From Octopus vulgaris (lineage: Eukaryota): a stretch of 64,000 bases of DNA. Position numbers and translations under genes: made by a program. Positions 30,350 through 43,689 of the stretch are shown here, in pieces (the first letter of the stretch is position 1; each line of letters opens with the position of its first letter). Location of the stretch: assembly GCA_951406725.2 (NCBI GenBank), contig OX597814.1, positions 46,748,001 to 46,812,000 of the forward strand, in the 5' to 3' direction. The notes beneath the pieces were generated by a model that searched no databases, was not told the DNA's origin, and was given only the letters and a program-made list of their open reading frames with translations.

Positions 30350-33007
30350 TGTTCACATTTTCTTATTAGCTATTTTCTAAGGTTCATTGATATTTCAAAA
30401 ATTTCTACATCCTGTCTTCTGGATGAAATGATTTTAGTGATAGTTATTGCTGTTTACATGTAGGTGAAAATCCTATGTTGTTGTTTGAATTGTTGTCAAA
30501 TTTTAGTCTTTGTTTATTATATGTATCCTGTTACTTTTGTCAATATGAAAATAGTTTGGATGTAGTGTCTGACATTGTTTGTTGCTCTGGTGCAAATTTC
30601 AGAAAACAGTTCAATTTAGCATGAAACTATTACTAGTAATCATAACCAAATTATTTCATTATGGTTAAAAAAACAGTATCAAGGATTAAAGTATTTTAAT
30701 TCTGGCAACAATGACTGAGAAACAAACACAGCTACCAGCCATTAAAAATGGGTTCATCCAAAAGTATTGACCAGTAAAGCCTTAAGATATCAATGGATCT
30801 TGGAAACTTATTTTCTAACAAAAATGTAAAGGACTAATAAGGTTATATGGAAAACTTCAATTAAAAGTAGAGCATTAGTATATTTTCAATAATACATATA
30901 TTGATTATTTATTTTAAATATAACTATTACCCATGAAAATAGATTATAATACTAGATATTGATATAACAAAAAGTTTCAGAAATGGATCTGTATTCAAGA
31001 AGTTTGAGTATATAAATTTTGATTGTTTTTTTTTTTGTTTTGCAGTATGTTTGTTTTATATCTCAGTACAATTTTTAAATAGTTTTAGAGATATTTTAAT
31101 GTTCTGTAACTTCTCTACTTAACTTTTCATTACAGAAAATAAAACAAGTGATTAAAACAGTCCATGAAACAAATAAATAGAAAACTAAAATCAGGATTAT
31201 CTAACAAATAACTATAAATGTTAATGAAATTGCAGTATCTGGTGATTGATTATATCTTTAATGACATGCATTAGCAAGGCCTTTTCACTTGACAGTTATA
31301 TCTGATTAATACTGGAAAGCAATTTGCAAGAGCCTTCTAGTTAGTGTTAGCTGCAAAGATATATTTTAAGTATTATATATTTTTCACATTTCTCATTGAA
31401 ATTACTAAAAGCAAATTCATTATATATTATTTTAACGTCATTTACCATTTAAAAAGGAAATAGATCTGATTTGAAATTGGTATAGTAACATGAATTAATA
31501 ATTACGAGGATGTATTTAATTTTATCATTGTTAAAAAAAAAAATGCCACTTAATAAATTTGAGTGTTTGTATATTTACTTCCCTTCATAATAGCAGCATT
31601 GTTTATTGAGCAAAATAATCTTTTCATTTATATATTAATATGGTCAATATAACATGACATTGAAACAGTCTGAGGTCTTATTAGTTCAGTGCCATTTTGT
31701 TTAGTATTGTACATTCCTTCAAGTTTTTGTGCCCTAGAGCAGTTCCAATAATTCTTGAGAAAGACTATTATAGGATTCAAAAATCTTCTGATATACCCTG
31801 GAAACTTGATGCTATGTTGAATTGAGTTACTAAATTGCATCAGTAGTATAAATTAAATTTAAGCAATTTTATTTTAGAGAAGGTCGGAAAGTTACATAAA
31901 TTTTATTCCAATCTATTTATTAATTTTTATTGTTACTAGGAATTTTATTCAGGTTTATAGTGCTAATACATAATTTCACTTGATTGGTATTCACAAAGTA
32001 GCTTAGAATAAACTAAAGATTGTCTTATGTGGATGAAGCCTTATTCCGTTAATGAAAGACCTGCACCATGTTTGAACTCAATGTACAGGATAGTTTGTTC
32101 AATGTCTTAGTCACTTGACCACAACTCTCTTAAAATTGTCTTTATAGGCAAGATAGACATTGTTTACATTTATTCAAAAGTTATAGATGCTATATTTCTC
32201 ATGCCATAGCTACTAAAGAAATATATGAAGAATTAGCTACTTTACTATAAATAAGACAATGATAAAGCTTTGGAAAATTTAGATGAGATTATTAAAAAGT
32301 TAGAGATCCCAAATTTAGTAATGAAGTCTAGATACATTTGGAGAAAGAGACTCTCTTTAGTAATATAAAAAAGAATGGACAGCTAACTAATAGTAATTTT
32401 ATCATAGCATGGTAGTTGGATATTTTTGTTCAGATAAATAGTATCCAATTTTTGTTCAGATAAATATTATCCAATAATTGAGAAAATACAAGTTAAATTA
32501 TAAAAATGATACATTAGTTTTGAATAAACTAAGCGTGAATGATACTTTTTATTTTAAGCCATTGCTTCTCAAGAGGCAGAGTGGACCAGTATTTTAGTGG
32601 GATGTGGGTTACTTCAGAAGTGCAAGTAAGAAGTGAATGAAACTTGGAATAGTTTTAAACCTTTTTTTTAATGTATGTGTGTGTGAGTTATATTTTGTTC
32701 ATGGTGGAATGTACATGTTTTCGAAAATCGGAGTTGGGCAAACAACATTGAGAAACATCGTTCTAAACTAAATGTATTGATAGTATCATTTTATTTAAAT
32801 TTCCTTCTGAGAATGAAGTGCACAAAGCCTCTTGTATTTGAATTGGATATAATGTTAAGTGATCTTAGTGTCTGCACTGAAAATGTTCAGTATGCTGAGA
32901 ATAAATCTGCAGATTTAGAGATTATTGAATACGCATGTAGATTGAAAAACAACTTGTTTTAAATCTCTCAGTGAGAAATATACAGTAACAGTATTGAATA
33001 GTAAAGT

Positions 33008-33219
33008 TTATTTTCTAACAGAATGTGGTAGTCTTATAAAGGATGGTGTTACTGTTGTTTAAGCCTCCAGGAAAACATCTTTTCCAGCTGGTTATTGACA
33101 AACAGTTTGTGTCACTATACAGACTGTGTGTTGATAACCAGCTGGAAAAATGTTTTCCTGGGGCTTAAACAACAGTAACACCATGCTTTATAGGACTGCT
33201 GCATTCTGTTGGAAAATAA
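33008..33219. repeat. ~210-bp foldback (long inverted repeat with a 4-nt loop; MITE-like or hairpin RNA)
   Basis: Arms 33008-33112 and 33117-33219 are reverse complements with 11 substitutions and 2 single-base bulges; loop CACT. Confidence 0.92.
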
Positions 33220-33228
33220 TACCACTGA

Positions 33229-33261
<33 letters not shown>

Positions 33262-33559
33262 ATCAAAATAAGCAACAAGAATATCTTCAGTAATTTGGTA
33301 TGATCATTTCACGCTATATCATTTTATTAAACATTGTAAGTATTACAGCAGTTTTAAAATGTTGAGCAATCATCAGCCATTTATAGAGGTTTTCCATTAA
33401 TACATATTTTCATATTAATTGATAACATTATAGAGAGGGTAAATATATAGATAGAGATGTCGATTTGAATTTTAAGAACATTAAGGTAGTAGAATTTATC
33501 TTCTGACTGAAGAATATTCCCTCTCTCTCTCTCTTTCGGAGAGGCACTGAGCAGCTATA

Positions 33560-33733
33560 CGCACACATACACACACGGCAGTAACTTCCACCTACCGAAT
33601 TCAATCACAAAGCTCCGGTTGGCTCGGGGCTATAGCGGAAGACACCTACCCAAAGTGCCACGCAGCGGGACTGAACCCGAAACCATGTAGCTAGGAAGCA
33701 AGCTCCCTAACCACACAGCCATGCCCGTGCCTG
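33560..33733 (-). mobile_element. tRNA/CORE-type SINE 5' half
   Basis: Reverse complement of the 36635-type head (GGGACTGAACCC, AACCACACAGCCATGCC). Confidence 0.75.
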
Positions 33734-34736
33734 TTTAAGTTATTTTGAACTGCTAGAAGGTGGGGAGGTATATATAATTCTGGTGCATCTAACTTAAGTA
33801 CGATATTCATTTGAATCTAAATTTTGCTGAATTTATATATATATATATATAATTGTATTTTTTTCATTTTAAAAATTTTGTCCAAGATCTTTTTAGTTTC
33901 AAATTCATTTATGTCAAGATTGAATAACTCATGTTACAGGAAACTACTTTGAACTGTAATAGTACCAGTTGTGAAAAATTGCGCTAGTCATTAGCATAAG
34001 AAGTATTGTTATAAGTTTGCGCCCTGCTTTTATCTTTGTCACCACAACTTGACAAATATAAACAAATTTTGGGAAACTCACAAAAATAAAATTTCTAGAA
34101 GAGGGTGCTGTTAAGGATTTTGAGAGATGAAATTGTATTGGCCTTTGGGTATGCAATACAAATTTAATATAGTTGCAAGTGTTTTTCATTATCATCTTAC
34201 AGCTGTGTATACCTCCAAAAATGTAGAATATGAGTATTGTAATTTTACAACGATGTCCAAGAATAGTTCTTTTTTCACTACTCTCTGTTGTGAATCTAAT
34301 AAATGTGTGGAAGGTATTTAGGATATTATAAAGTTTGTGTAATTCGTCTTTTGGTTTGTTACAGAAAACTTAAACAGTAATTGGGAAAACATTTACATGT
34401 CACAATGACATATTTGTTAGTTTTTGTTGAATGTTTTTTTTAATATTTTCTTAGTATGACCTCTAGGAATTCCATTAAATTTAAAATTTGCACGAGAGAG
34501 TAACACTTTTTTTACCTGCGGTTATAGTTTGATACAGTGAATGGGAGCTTTCTGTTGCCATCCTTAACCACATCAGCAATGCAGTGTAGTGGATAGAAGG
34601 GAAGGTGACTGATGGGAAGGAACAGAAAGACAGGTGATAGGGAGATGGAAGGTATCAAAGTGAAAGCAAATGTAGATTTAATTTGGGCTGTTAAGCCAGA
34701 ATACTAAATGATGATGTCTTATAGCCTCCATATTAC

Positions 34737-36290
34737 CATCAGTTTTTAATGTTCATTTTGTAATGCTTGCACAGTTGAGTTGGTCTTCTTCAGCACTACG
34801 TCATCAATCATCTTGGTCCTTTGTCGTTTCCTCTGTGAGGTTCAGATCCCAAGATCAGTTTTCACCACTCATTCCATGTTTTTCTGGTTTTCATACTTCC
34901 ACAGGTTCCATCAACTTTGTGTACACCACACTTCTTTACAGTTGTCTGCCTCCATATGCATCACATACCTATCAGCGCAGTTTTATCTCTTGCACACTAC
35001 ATCTTATTTCTCTTATACCTAATTTTTTTTCAGCACATTTGTGCTGTTATTCATGCACACTAGCATTACACCCAGTGAAGCCTGCTAATTTCATTTCTTT
35101 CTAGCCTGTGAAAATCTGCATTTAAGGCCCATATCTCTCTTCTATATAGCATTAAATTTCATACACAAGTATCATACAATCTACCTTTCACTTTGAGACA
35201 GAAACTCTTTGTCACTAGTATAGGTTAACGAGCTTCTTGAACTTTACTCACTGCCACTGTTAATTATGTCACCTAGATAACTGAAACTATCAGCTACTTT
35301 TAGAGTTTCCAGGTATTTAGTTTCTTGTGTGCTCTTACTGTTTATCATTTAATGTGCATTTACCATATACAAAGTCTACCTTCTCTATTAAACTTCTTGT
35401 AAAGTTCATTACTCTTCTTGTGCATCCATACTTTGTTGGATACACTGTATGGAATTCCTAATTGCTCCTTTTCTGCATGTCAAGCATAGCCATTTCCCTG
35501 GCAGTAGCAGGGTCCTGTCTTATTTCCTACTTACTAATACTTAAGTCTTTGTTAAGTTTACTTTAAGGCTTCTTCATTTTAGGTTTTACAGAAAAAAAAT
35601 GTAGCTGAATTGATAAAGAATAAATTGTGGAATGTCTTAGTTTCAGCTATAAGAATTAGACCTTTAGGATACAGGAGTTCCACAGCTGATCATAACCCCT
35701 CTTTTAGGGATTCTATTTATGATGGGTGAGAACTGAGATCTGGTGAGCTCCTACTTGCATGCATAAGTTTTTAGTTGTCCTCATACACTCACTTTGCTGA
35801 GAGTCAGAATGACTACATCTCTGTAATTCTTACCCAAATAACTCTGCAGTTGTCTCACTCAGAAGATAATATCAGGAGAACCTATTCCTGGCACAAAGTT
35901 AAACAGTATTTTATCTCTGCTTATTCTCTTCCTAATTAATTCCTATTATTTTGTTTTTGTAAACTTGATAACCTGGTTCAACATTCCTTTGCTATTGTAG
36001 CAGTTGATGATGATGCTATGTCAATCATTAGGTTTGACATCTTCCTGTATCCACTACTTGGCAGGTGACTATCCCTGTGCCCTGTTCTGCCAGATACTTT
36101 AAGTATTTCAGGAACTATTCTTAGACCAGTTGTCTTCACTACCTTCATATCCTTAATTGCTTTATCTACCATATTGCTGTCAACTTGATTGACTGGTCTC
36201 TCTGTTGGGTCAAATTGTCTAGCAGTCTGAAAGATTTCACACCTCTGATCTTCAGATCTCCTTCAGCCTCCCTCCTTGTTCAATGTATCT
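34737..36290 (-). mobile_element. old, heavily degraded RTE LINE copy
   Basis: Patches match the RTE ORF on the minus strand (LSLKVKGRLYDTCV region ~35160-35220, SFSYLGD ~35270-35295, DKAIKDMK...VPEILKVSG ~36090-36170), with many stops and indels. Confidence 0.7.
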
Positions 36291-36634
36291 GACATCTGTC
36301 TCTTATTTTACTTCGCTGTCCAATTTCTTAGCTTCTATGACTTGGAAAGGGATTACTCATTAGATGAAAAAATGTTGAAAGATAGCAGCACACATACATA
36401 TGAAATTATAGGTAGGCCCAGCTTATTTTGAGAGGAGATAGTTTAACCACACTGTAAGTTAGGTTTCATACTTGTAAGGTCTGCTTGTATATAGTATTAT
36501 CCATTGTCAATAAATCACAATGCTTGATACTGTTAAAAAATTTTTAAATGTTGAATGTTTCACAGGGTGTAATCAAATGAGCGAAGCAATTGGATAGATT
36601 TCAAATGTAATTTCAGATGAAAAATTAACATATA

Positions 36635-37010
36635 GGCGCGGGAGTGGTTGTGTGGTAAGTAGCTTGCTAACCAACCACATGGTTCCGGGTTCAGTCCCAG
36701 TGCGTGGCATCTTGGGCAAGTGTCTTCTGCTATAGCCCCGGGCCGACCAATGCCTTGTGAGTGGATTTGGTAGACGGAAACTGAAAGAAGCCCGTCGTAT
36801 ATATGTATGTGTGTGTGTGTTTGTCCCTCAAGCATTGCTTGACAACCGATGCTGGTGTGTTTACGTCCCCGTCACTTAGTGGTTCGGCAAAAGAGACCGA
36901 TAGAATAAGTACTGGGCTTACAAAGAATAAGTCCCGGGGTCGAGTTGCTCGACTAAAGGCGGTGCTCCAGCATGGCTGCAGTCAAATGACTGAAACAAGT
37001 AAAAGAGTAT
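36635..37010 (+). mobile_element. full-length tRNA-derived SINE (CORE-like head, internal microsatellite, CR1-type tail)
   Basis: TGGTTGTGTGG A-box, GGTTCAGTCC B-box, CTTGGGCAAGTG CORE-like motif, short AT/GT linker, and 3' GGCGGTGCTCCAGCATGG-CAGTCAAATGACTG. Confidence 0.88.
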
Positions 37011-37491
37011 ATATTTTCTTTAAAAACATCAATAACATTAAGTCTTTAAAAATAAACTTTTTTGTTTCATAGTTTTGCAAGTTTGTCAATTTTGCTGTTT
37101 CTTGTTATCTTGAAATCAGTCTGCAAAAAGTACTCTTTTATTTTATGCTAAATATTTAAAACATTTTATATATTTTCAATCCTTTTCATTTACATTTGGG
37201 ATCATATCAGTATTTTTGATGTCTTAGAAATATTATACAAGCTGAATGGTTGAATGAGTGTAGAAAAACATGTTGAACTAGTTTGTTTTTATTCCTCGGA
37301 TATCAACTGAGAAGCAGTTTAGTTCTCACACGATATGCTTACTTACTGTTCTTTCTCCATTTAAGTATTTTTTTTACAAAACAAGAAAATATATTGTTTG
37401 AATGATCATAATTTTCTTTTCAGGCAGTTTTTACTTACTTTAAGGCTGAGCCAATGTTTTTAAATGGAACATACAAACATAAAATACAGAT

Positions 37492-37920
37492 TGGTGCTGA
37501 TATGACTATGTGGGTGAAATGTTTGCTTCTTATCCAAAATGGTTTTGAATTCAGTCCAACTGCGTGGCACCTTGAACAAGTGCTTTTTTCTATAGCCCTG
37601 GGCTGCCCAAAGCCTTGTGAGTGGATTTGATTGATGAAAACTGAAAGAGGCTTGTTGTGTGTGTTACTGTGTGTGTGTGTGTACTGTCTCCTGCCTTGAC
37701 TTCATGCAGTAGTTGTAAATAAGTGCCACCATCATGCAGACAGTGTTTTTCATTTCCAGTCTTCTGAAAAAATGCCTTCTCATGGGTGAATATTATCTTA
37801 CTTGAAAATGGGTGAGAATTGGTGACAGGAAGAGCATCTGGTCAAAGAAAATCCACCTCAACAAATTTCATTTGACCTATGTGAACATGGAAAAGTGGAT
37901 ATTAAAATGATGGTGATGAT
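37492..37920 (+). mobile_element. tRNA-derived SINE with the same head but an RTE-type tail
   Basis: Head homologous to 36635-36800. The 3' part ends GGTGACAGGAAGAGCATC...CATGGAAAAGTGGATATTAAAATGATGGTGATGAT. Confidence 0.75.
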
Positions 37921-39189
37921 AGAAGCAAATTCTTACTGTTCTTTCAGTTTTAGAATGATCTGTTCTCTATGTTGTATGATATGGTTCTCTACATTTTGAG
38001 ATTAACTTGGATGTAGGTGCCACTTCTTGAGATTAATGGGTTTGTTTTGCTATCATGTGATTTTAGTGTCTTCTACAATTGGCTTGGGTTTACCAGTGAC
38101 TTGTGAGTGGAAGTTTGCAGATGGAAACTGAAGACCTGTCATTTCAATGCTGTGAACTCTTGTCATTTTCACTGTCAGAAATTCATTGTGTGTATGTGTG
38201 ATTGAGAGTGAGTTTGTGCAAGAGAGAGAGATTGAAATTGTGGGATGTTTATGAGTATAATTGATGAGTTGGAGCTTTATGAAAGTAGAGCAGAATTAAA
38301 TATATGAGATAAGTTGCTGTTATTAAGATTATAATTTTCTGGGCTATTAACATTATCTTAAAAGCAAATATTTACAATTCCTTTATGTACACTGATTTGT
38401 TCTGCTTTTTTATGTTTAACCCTACAGTCTCTTATGTGGTGGTTTAATAAAGTATGTGATTGAGTATTATCTGGTAATTGATATTTGATTTAGATGTATT
38501 TCTCCATTTTCTTATCTTGTATCTATACTGATCTATATATTGGTTGGATCTTTGATTGTCCTCAGCTTACTCTTAGATAAGCACGTTGGGCCAGACTGGA
38601 TTCAAACTACAAAACTAAGTGCCATTAGTTTTTAAAAACAAAAAGTCCCTAGTTTGAATCCAGTTTAAGATGATATACATAGCTAGGAATATGACATCTG
38701 AAGAGAATCAGAGATCAAAACTTCAGGTAAATATATTGCAAATATAAAGCTAAAGATAAGGTTAAATCTATGCAATTGTAATCATGATGTGCTTGCAGGA
38801 ACTGTACAACCTGAAATAAGAAGCATTTCATGACAGTGATCTTAAACAAATTATTAATTAGTCTGAGGATGAACAATGCCCGTAGGTTCTCTTAAGTTCC
38901 CCTAGATTGAAAAAGGGAGAGTGGGGAAGATTTATTCAACTGTCTAGTTTGAGTTCTTGAAGATAAGTTGCAGAGCAGAAAACAGGAAATGGGAAATTTT
39001 GGAAGAAAGAGGCAGTCTGTTAATGGAGAGCAAACATAACCATTAGAGGTCGTATACACTAACTAGTTGAGTAGAGCAAAAGGTGAAGTTATACAGAGAG
39101 AGAATATTGTTTGTAATGACTTTAAAATTATTATGGTGTTTGGCAAAATCCCAGTTTACTAATACTAATATATCCTTGATATTCTTACA

Positions 39190-39600
39190 GGCATAGGCAT
39201 GGCTGTGTAATAAGAAGCTTGCTTCTCAACCACATGGTTCTGGGTTCAGTCCCACTGTTTGGCACCTTGGGCAAGTGTCTTTTACTATAGCCTCAGGACG
39301 ACCAGAGTCTTGTGAGTGGATTTGGTAGATGGAAACTGAAAGAAGCCCATTGTGTATATATATATATATATATGTATTTATGTGTGTGTCTTTGTATCTA
39401 CATTTGTCCTTCATTACTGCTTGACAACCAGTGTTGGTGTTTACATCTCCATTAATTAGTGGTTCAGCAAAAGAGACTGATAAAATAAGTACTAGGCTTA
39501 AAAAAAAGTCCTGGGATCAATTTGTTTGACTAAAATCCTTCAAGGTAATGCTCCAGTATGGCTGCAGTCAAATGACTGAAATAAGTAAAAGAATAAAAAA
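39190..39600 (+). mobile_element. full-length SINE (36635 family)
   Basis: Colinear homology with 36635-37010. Confidence 0.85.
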
Positions 39601-39939
39601 TTTTTGATCTTTGAACTAATTACAGATACATTAAATTTATGGAGACACCTTTGCAATTTTTTTTTAAATTCTAAAGTTGTATACTTAAAAAAGACTTAGC
39701 TAGTTCTAATTTGGTAGGTGAAATTCTAAATATTTTTGTTGTGTAAATTTCTTTTGCAAATGTCAATTTTGAGAGGGGCCAATGTTTATTGAGTAGTGTG
39801 TTTTTAAAAAGAGAAATTTCTATTATCAATAGCTTTAATCTCTTCTGATTATTTCCTAATACAATACTATGATATTATGGAAAAGAAATCTGTAAAGTGT
39901 ATATTTTGAAGTAATTATATTCTTGAATTATGAATTCAT

Positions 39940-40122
39940 AGCTTCTTACTACACAGCCATGCCTATGCCTGTAAGAATATCAAGGATATATTAGTATTAG
40001 TAAACTGGGATTTTGCCAAACACCATAATAATTTTAAAGTCAATATTCTCTCTCTGTATAACTTCACCTTTTGCTCTACTCAACTAGTTAGTGTATACTA
40101 CCTCTAATGGTTATGTCTTTGC
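39940..40122 (-). repeat. inverted duplicate of 39030-39219
   Basis: Near-perfect reverse complement with a 9-nt deletion and a few substitutions. Confidence 0.92.
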
Positions 40123-42804
40123 CTGTTTTTAATCAGTTCAGAAACCTGTTATGATAAGAGCATATAACAAATCTCTCACTCATCAAAAGTTTTATATTAT
40201 TGGAAACTATTAAAGTTGTGTGAATATTCATCTTCATTATTTAATGCTTGTCCTTTTTCATGCAATGAGTTAAGCAGTATATTTCTAATCTCTAGTTTAT
40301 TTTCTTTGTATTCACAATTCCACATTTCTTTATTTTCACTATTACTGAAAGTAAATACATCTAAATAATTCATTACAAACATGTTTCTCTACAGTGACTT
40401 TTTGATTTGTACTAACAGATTTAGAGTTTGTCTCTCATCTGCCTAATGTAGAGCATTAATGAAATGAAATTCAGCCTCTTCAGTGAGATATTCAGATTAC
40501 CATTTCTTAGGTCATCCTAGGTTTACTTATGCAATTGTTATCACCCATTGTCATTTTGTACTTTTTCCTTGAGTATGTATCAACAATTTGCATTATATGT
40601 TCCGTCTTAATACTTGACAATTTTCTCTGTTCCCTGGCATTTAGTTTTATTTATCTAAATTGACACTGAAGATATATTGGACTGTATTTTATCCTTTTCT
40701 TGTCATTGGTGGTAGATCTGATGCAACCACTTGATATGTTTTATTGCTATACTACTTTATAGACCTTATGCATACATCATAACGATTGCCTTTTGCATAG
40801 TAAATGGAAACGTTTTCACAGCAGTGGAATTGACCTTCTTCAATTCCATTCTTGTCTTAGTTATATACTTCCATTAGAACGAACATTTAAATAATGAAGA
40901 TATTTACACCTTTTTGAACACTTTTCATTTCAAGATTACTCTTACTGCTACTAGCATTCAATGTACCCCATGTGTCCTGCCTCATGTTTATCTGTAAACA
41001 ATTTCCCTGCAGTTATTGAGTATTCTTTGCTTGTACAGAATACACAGTACTGACCTCATACGTTGTCCTATTTTGTGCAAAGCTGTTTTCCAGTTGGTGC
41101 TGTGATTTTGTGCTCTTCATTACTCTCTAATATTTTGGTTGCTGACAGTACCTTTTTTTAAAAATCTTTTTAGACATTTTAGAACTCTACTACATTTCAA
41201 CATTTGAATTTTTATTTTAGCTCTGACAGATTTTGTAAAGACTATCAACATATAAAAGTTCTCAGCTCCAGACAGTCCAGACCTCTTGAGTAAATTGCCT
41301 CAAAAACTGTTATGAGAACAGTAGAAATTATTCCTAGACTTCATTCTTAACCTGAACGCTTGTAACAAAATGGACTCAGCTAAAGATACCTAAAGATCAG
41401 GGGCTAGTATTTGGCTGGGGGACAGATTAAGTTCAGCAAGCTTTTATAATGACTCTGCCTTTATTTTTCACTGTTACTGAGAACAAATATATCTGCATCA
41501 TTTGTTACAAACATGTTTCTCTCTAGTGATTTCTTGATTCATATTAAGAGACCATTAGTAAAGATCATTAAGTACTCCTCTTGCACACTATATTCCTCAC
41601 TCTAATTTATGATTCTATTTGTAGCATTCTCATACAAATTTGTGTGCTCATGAGCAAATCATTTACAACTTGCTTTCTCAGTTTCACCAGACTGCTGTGT
41701 GGAACCTTTCCTAGGGGCTTCTCTAGGTTCTAAGCCTTTTCCAGCATGCATTTTATCAGGAATATAACATTTTTAGTTTCACATTCTGGTACAAACCCAA
41801 ACAAATGGTATCATATCAGCTTATCCTTGAAGTATTTTAACATCATTATATATATATACACACATTTAACTATAAATTCAGCCCTTTATAACTCATCAGT
41901 GTGTAAGCTTTTCCTTTGATTTTGATCTAGTGACATATGTTTTGCTTGCCAGTCGTTAAGAATTACACCTTCCTTCATTGCTTGATTGAGCAATTAGTGT
42001 AGTACTGACCTGCTCTTGATGTTGTTACTATCCCTGAAAAGTTTGTATATTACTCTAAGTCTTAACTTCTTCATAATCATACTAGTATCAACATCTAGTT
42101 CCCTATTAACTACACTTGAAATTCTTCCTCCCTCTTTCTCATATATTTCTTATTGAACTACTTTTTTCCTCATTTCAATTAAAGGAAGATAGGCAGAGTT
42201 GACAGCCTTTTCAGGGTGGGAGGAAGTTATTTCCTGGCCTGAATGCTTGCAACAGAATGGATTCTATCAGGAACCTGATGGTGGCTTTAAACTAGGTACC
42301 TGATTAAGTCTACCAACCTTTTGTATTGACAGTTCCATATTTCTTTATTTTTACTATTACTGCAAGTAAAAACATCTAAATCATTTGTTACGAACGTTTC
42401 TCTCCAGCAATTTCATGATTTGTATTAACAGATTTAGAATTTGTCAACCACCCTCCTGATATAGAGCATTATAAAATTCAAAATCTATGCCAGCTTACAG
42501 GCTAAGTAAATCTCATGCCAAGCTTCCTGCTTAGAAAATTGCCTTTTAGGAATATCAGCTGTCCCTGACCCATGTCTCCCCAATTATAACTGGAAATTGT
42601 ACCTAAGAAAAATATTTTTCAACTTCACTACCCCTTTTCTCTTAACCTTAGTTTTCATTTCAAATTTTAACTGTAGAAATATGTTGGTGAGAACACTTGA
42701 AATATAGACATGAAAGGGTGTTTTTTTAAATATTTGGTTAGTTAATCAATGTTTTTTTTTGTTGAGTAATTTATTTATGTTAAAGCCAACTTAGCTCTAC
42801 ATAA

Positions 42805-43110
42805 GTGCAGGCTGTGGTAAGCAACTTGCTTCCCAACCACACCACATGTTTGCAGGTTCAGTCCCACTAGATGACACCTTGAGCAAGTGTCTTTTACTAT
42901 AGCCTCAGGTTGACCAGAGCATTGTGAGTGGATTTGGTAGGTGGAAACTGAAAGAAGCCTATGTGTATGTTTGTCCCCCCTCACTGCTTGACAACCGGTG
43001 TTGGTGTGTTTATATCCCTGTGACTTAGCAGTTCAGCAAAAGAGACTGATTGAATAACTATCTGGCTTAAAAAATGAGACAATTCATTCAGCTAAAAATG
43101 CTTCAAGGCA
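42805..43110 (+). mobile_element. SINE (36635 family), degraded
   Basis: GGTTCAGTCCCACT, CCTTGAGCAAGTG and GCTTGACAACCGGTGTTGG are present. Confidence 0.8.
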
Positions 43111-43689
43111 TGAAAGAAGAGTAATATTGGGGGATATAAGGTAGTGAAAGGAAGAATAATGAAAGAAGGGACAAGTGATGTTTGTCATCAAGACTAAAGT
43201 GATCTATGACAATAAAGATTGATAGAGAGCAATCTGAGAGAGAATGCAGATTTAAGGATGGCTGTAGAGATGAGCAATGGTAAGAGAGTGACATATACCA
43301 TTGAAAGATAAGACTGGTGGCTTGTAGTAAAGAAGTATAATTATAAGGGATGTTAAATATGAACAGTTCCAATGCCATCTCTTGTTATGCTAACAGGAAC
43401 TCACTGAATAAGTTGCAGTGTTTAATGCTTACACTTTTAATTAATTTCTCATCTCTATTCTTTTCTCAGTATTTTTTTAAAATTAAAAACTGACTTTACT
43501 ATGAAGCCATGATCAACAGCTAATGCAGATCCATTCAGATAAAACTGATCAGTATCAATTTCTGATGAATTTAATTTGCTCCAACTAGGAATAGCAATTT
43601 GTAATTATTGAGTTTTGCCTTTTCTATGAGCTGCATCCCCCTCTGTTTTCTTTTCATCTCCCTCTCTCTTTTATCATTTTATATTCTTT

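Noticed and set aside
32421-32475. 28-bp tandem duplication ATTTTTGTTCAGATAAATA(G/T)TATCCAAT
   Set aside because: Ordinary slippage duplication with no further structure.
25640-33330. Further hammerhead-like GAAA motifs at ~25640-25677, ~26520-26557 and ~33290-33325 (minus)
   Set aside because: No intact CTGANGA core or convincing stems; could be chance matches.
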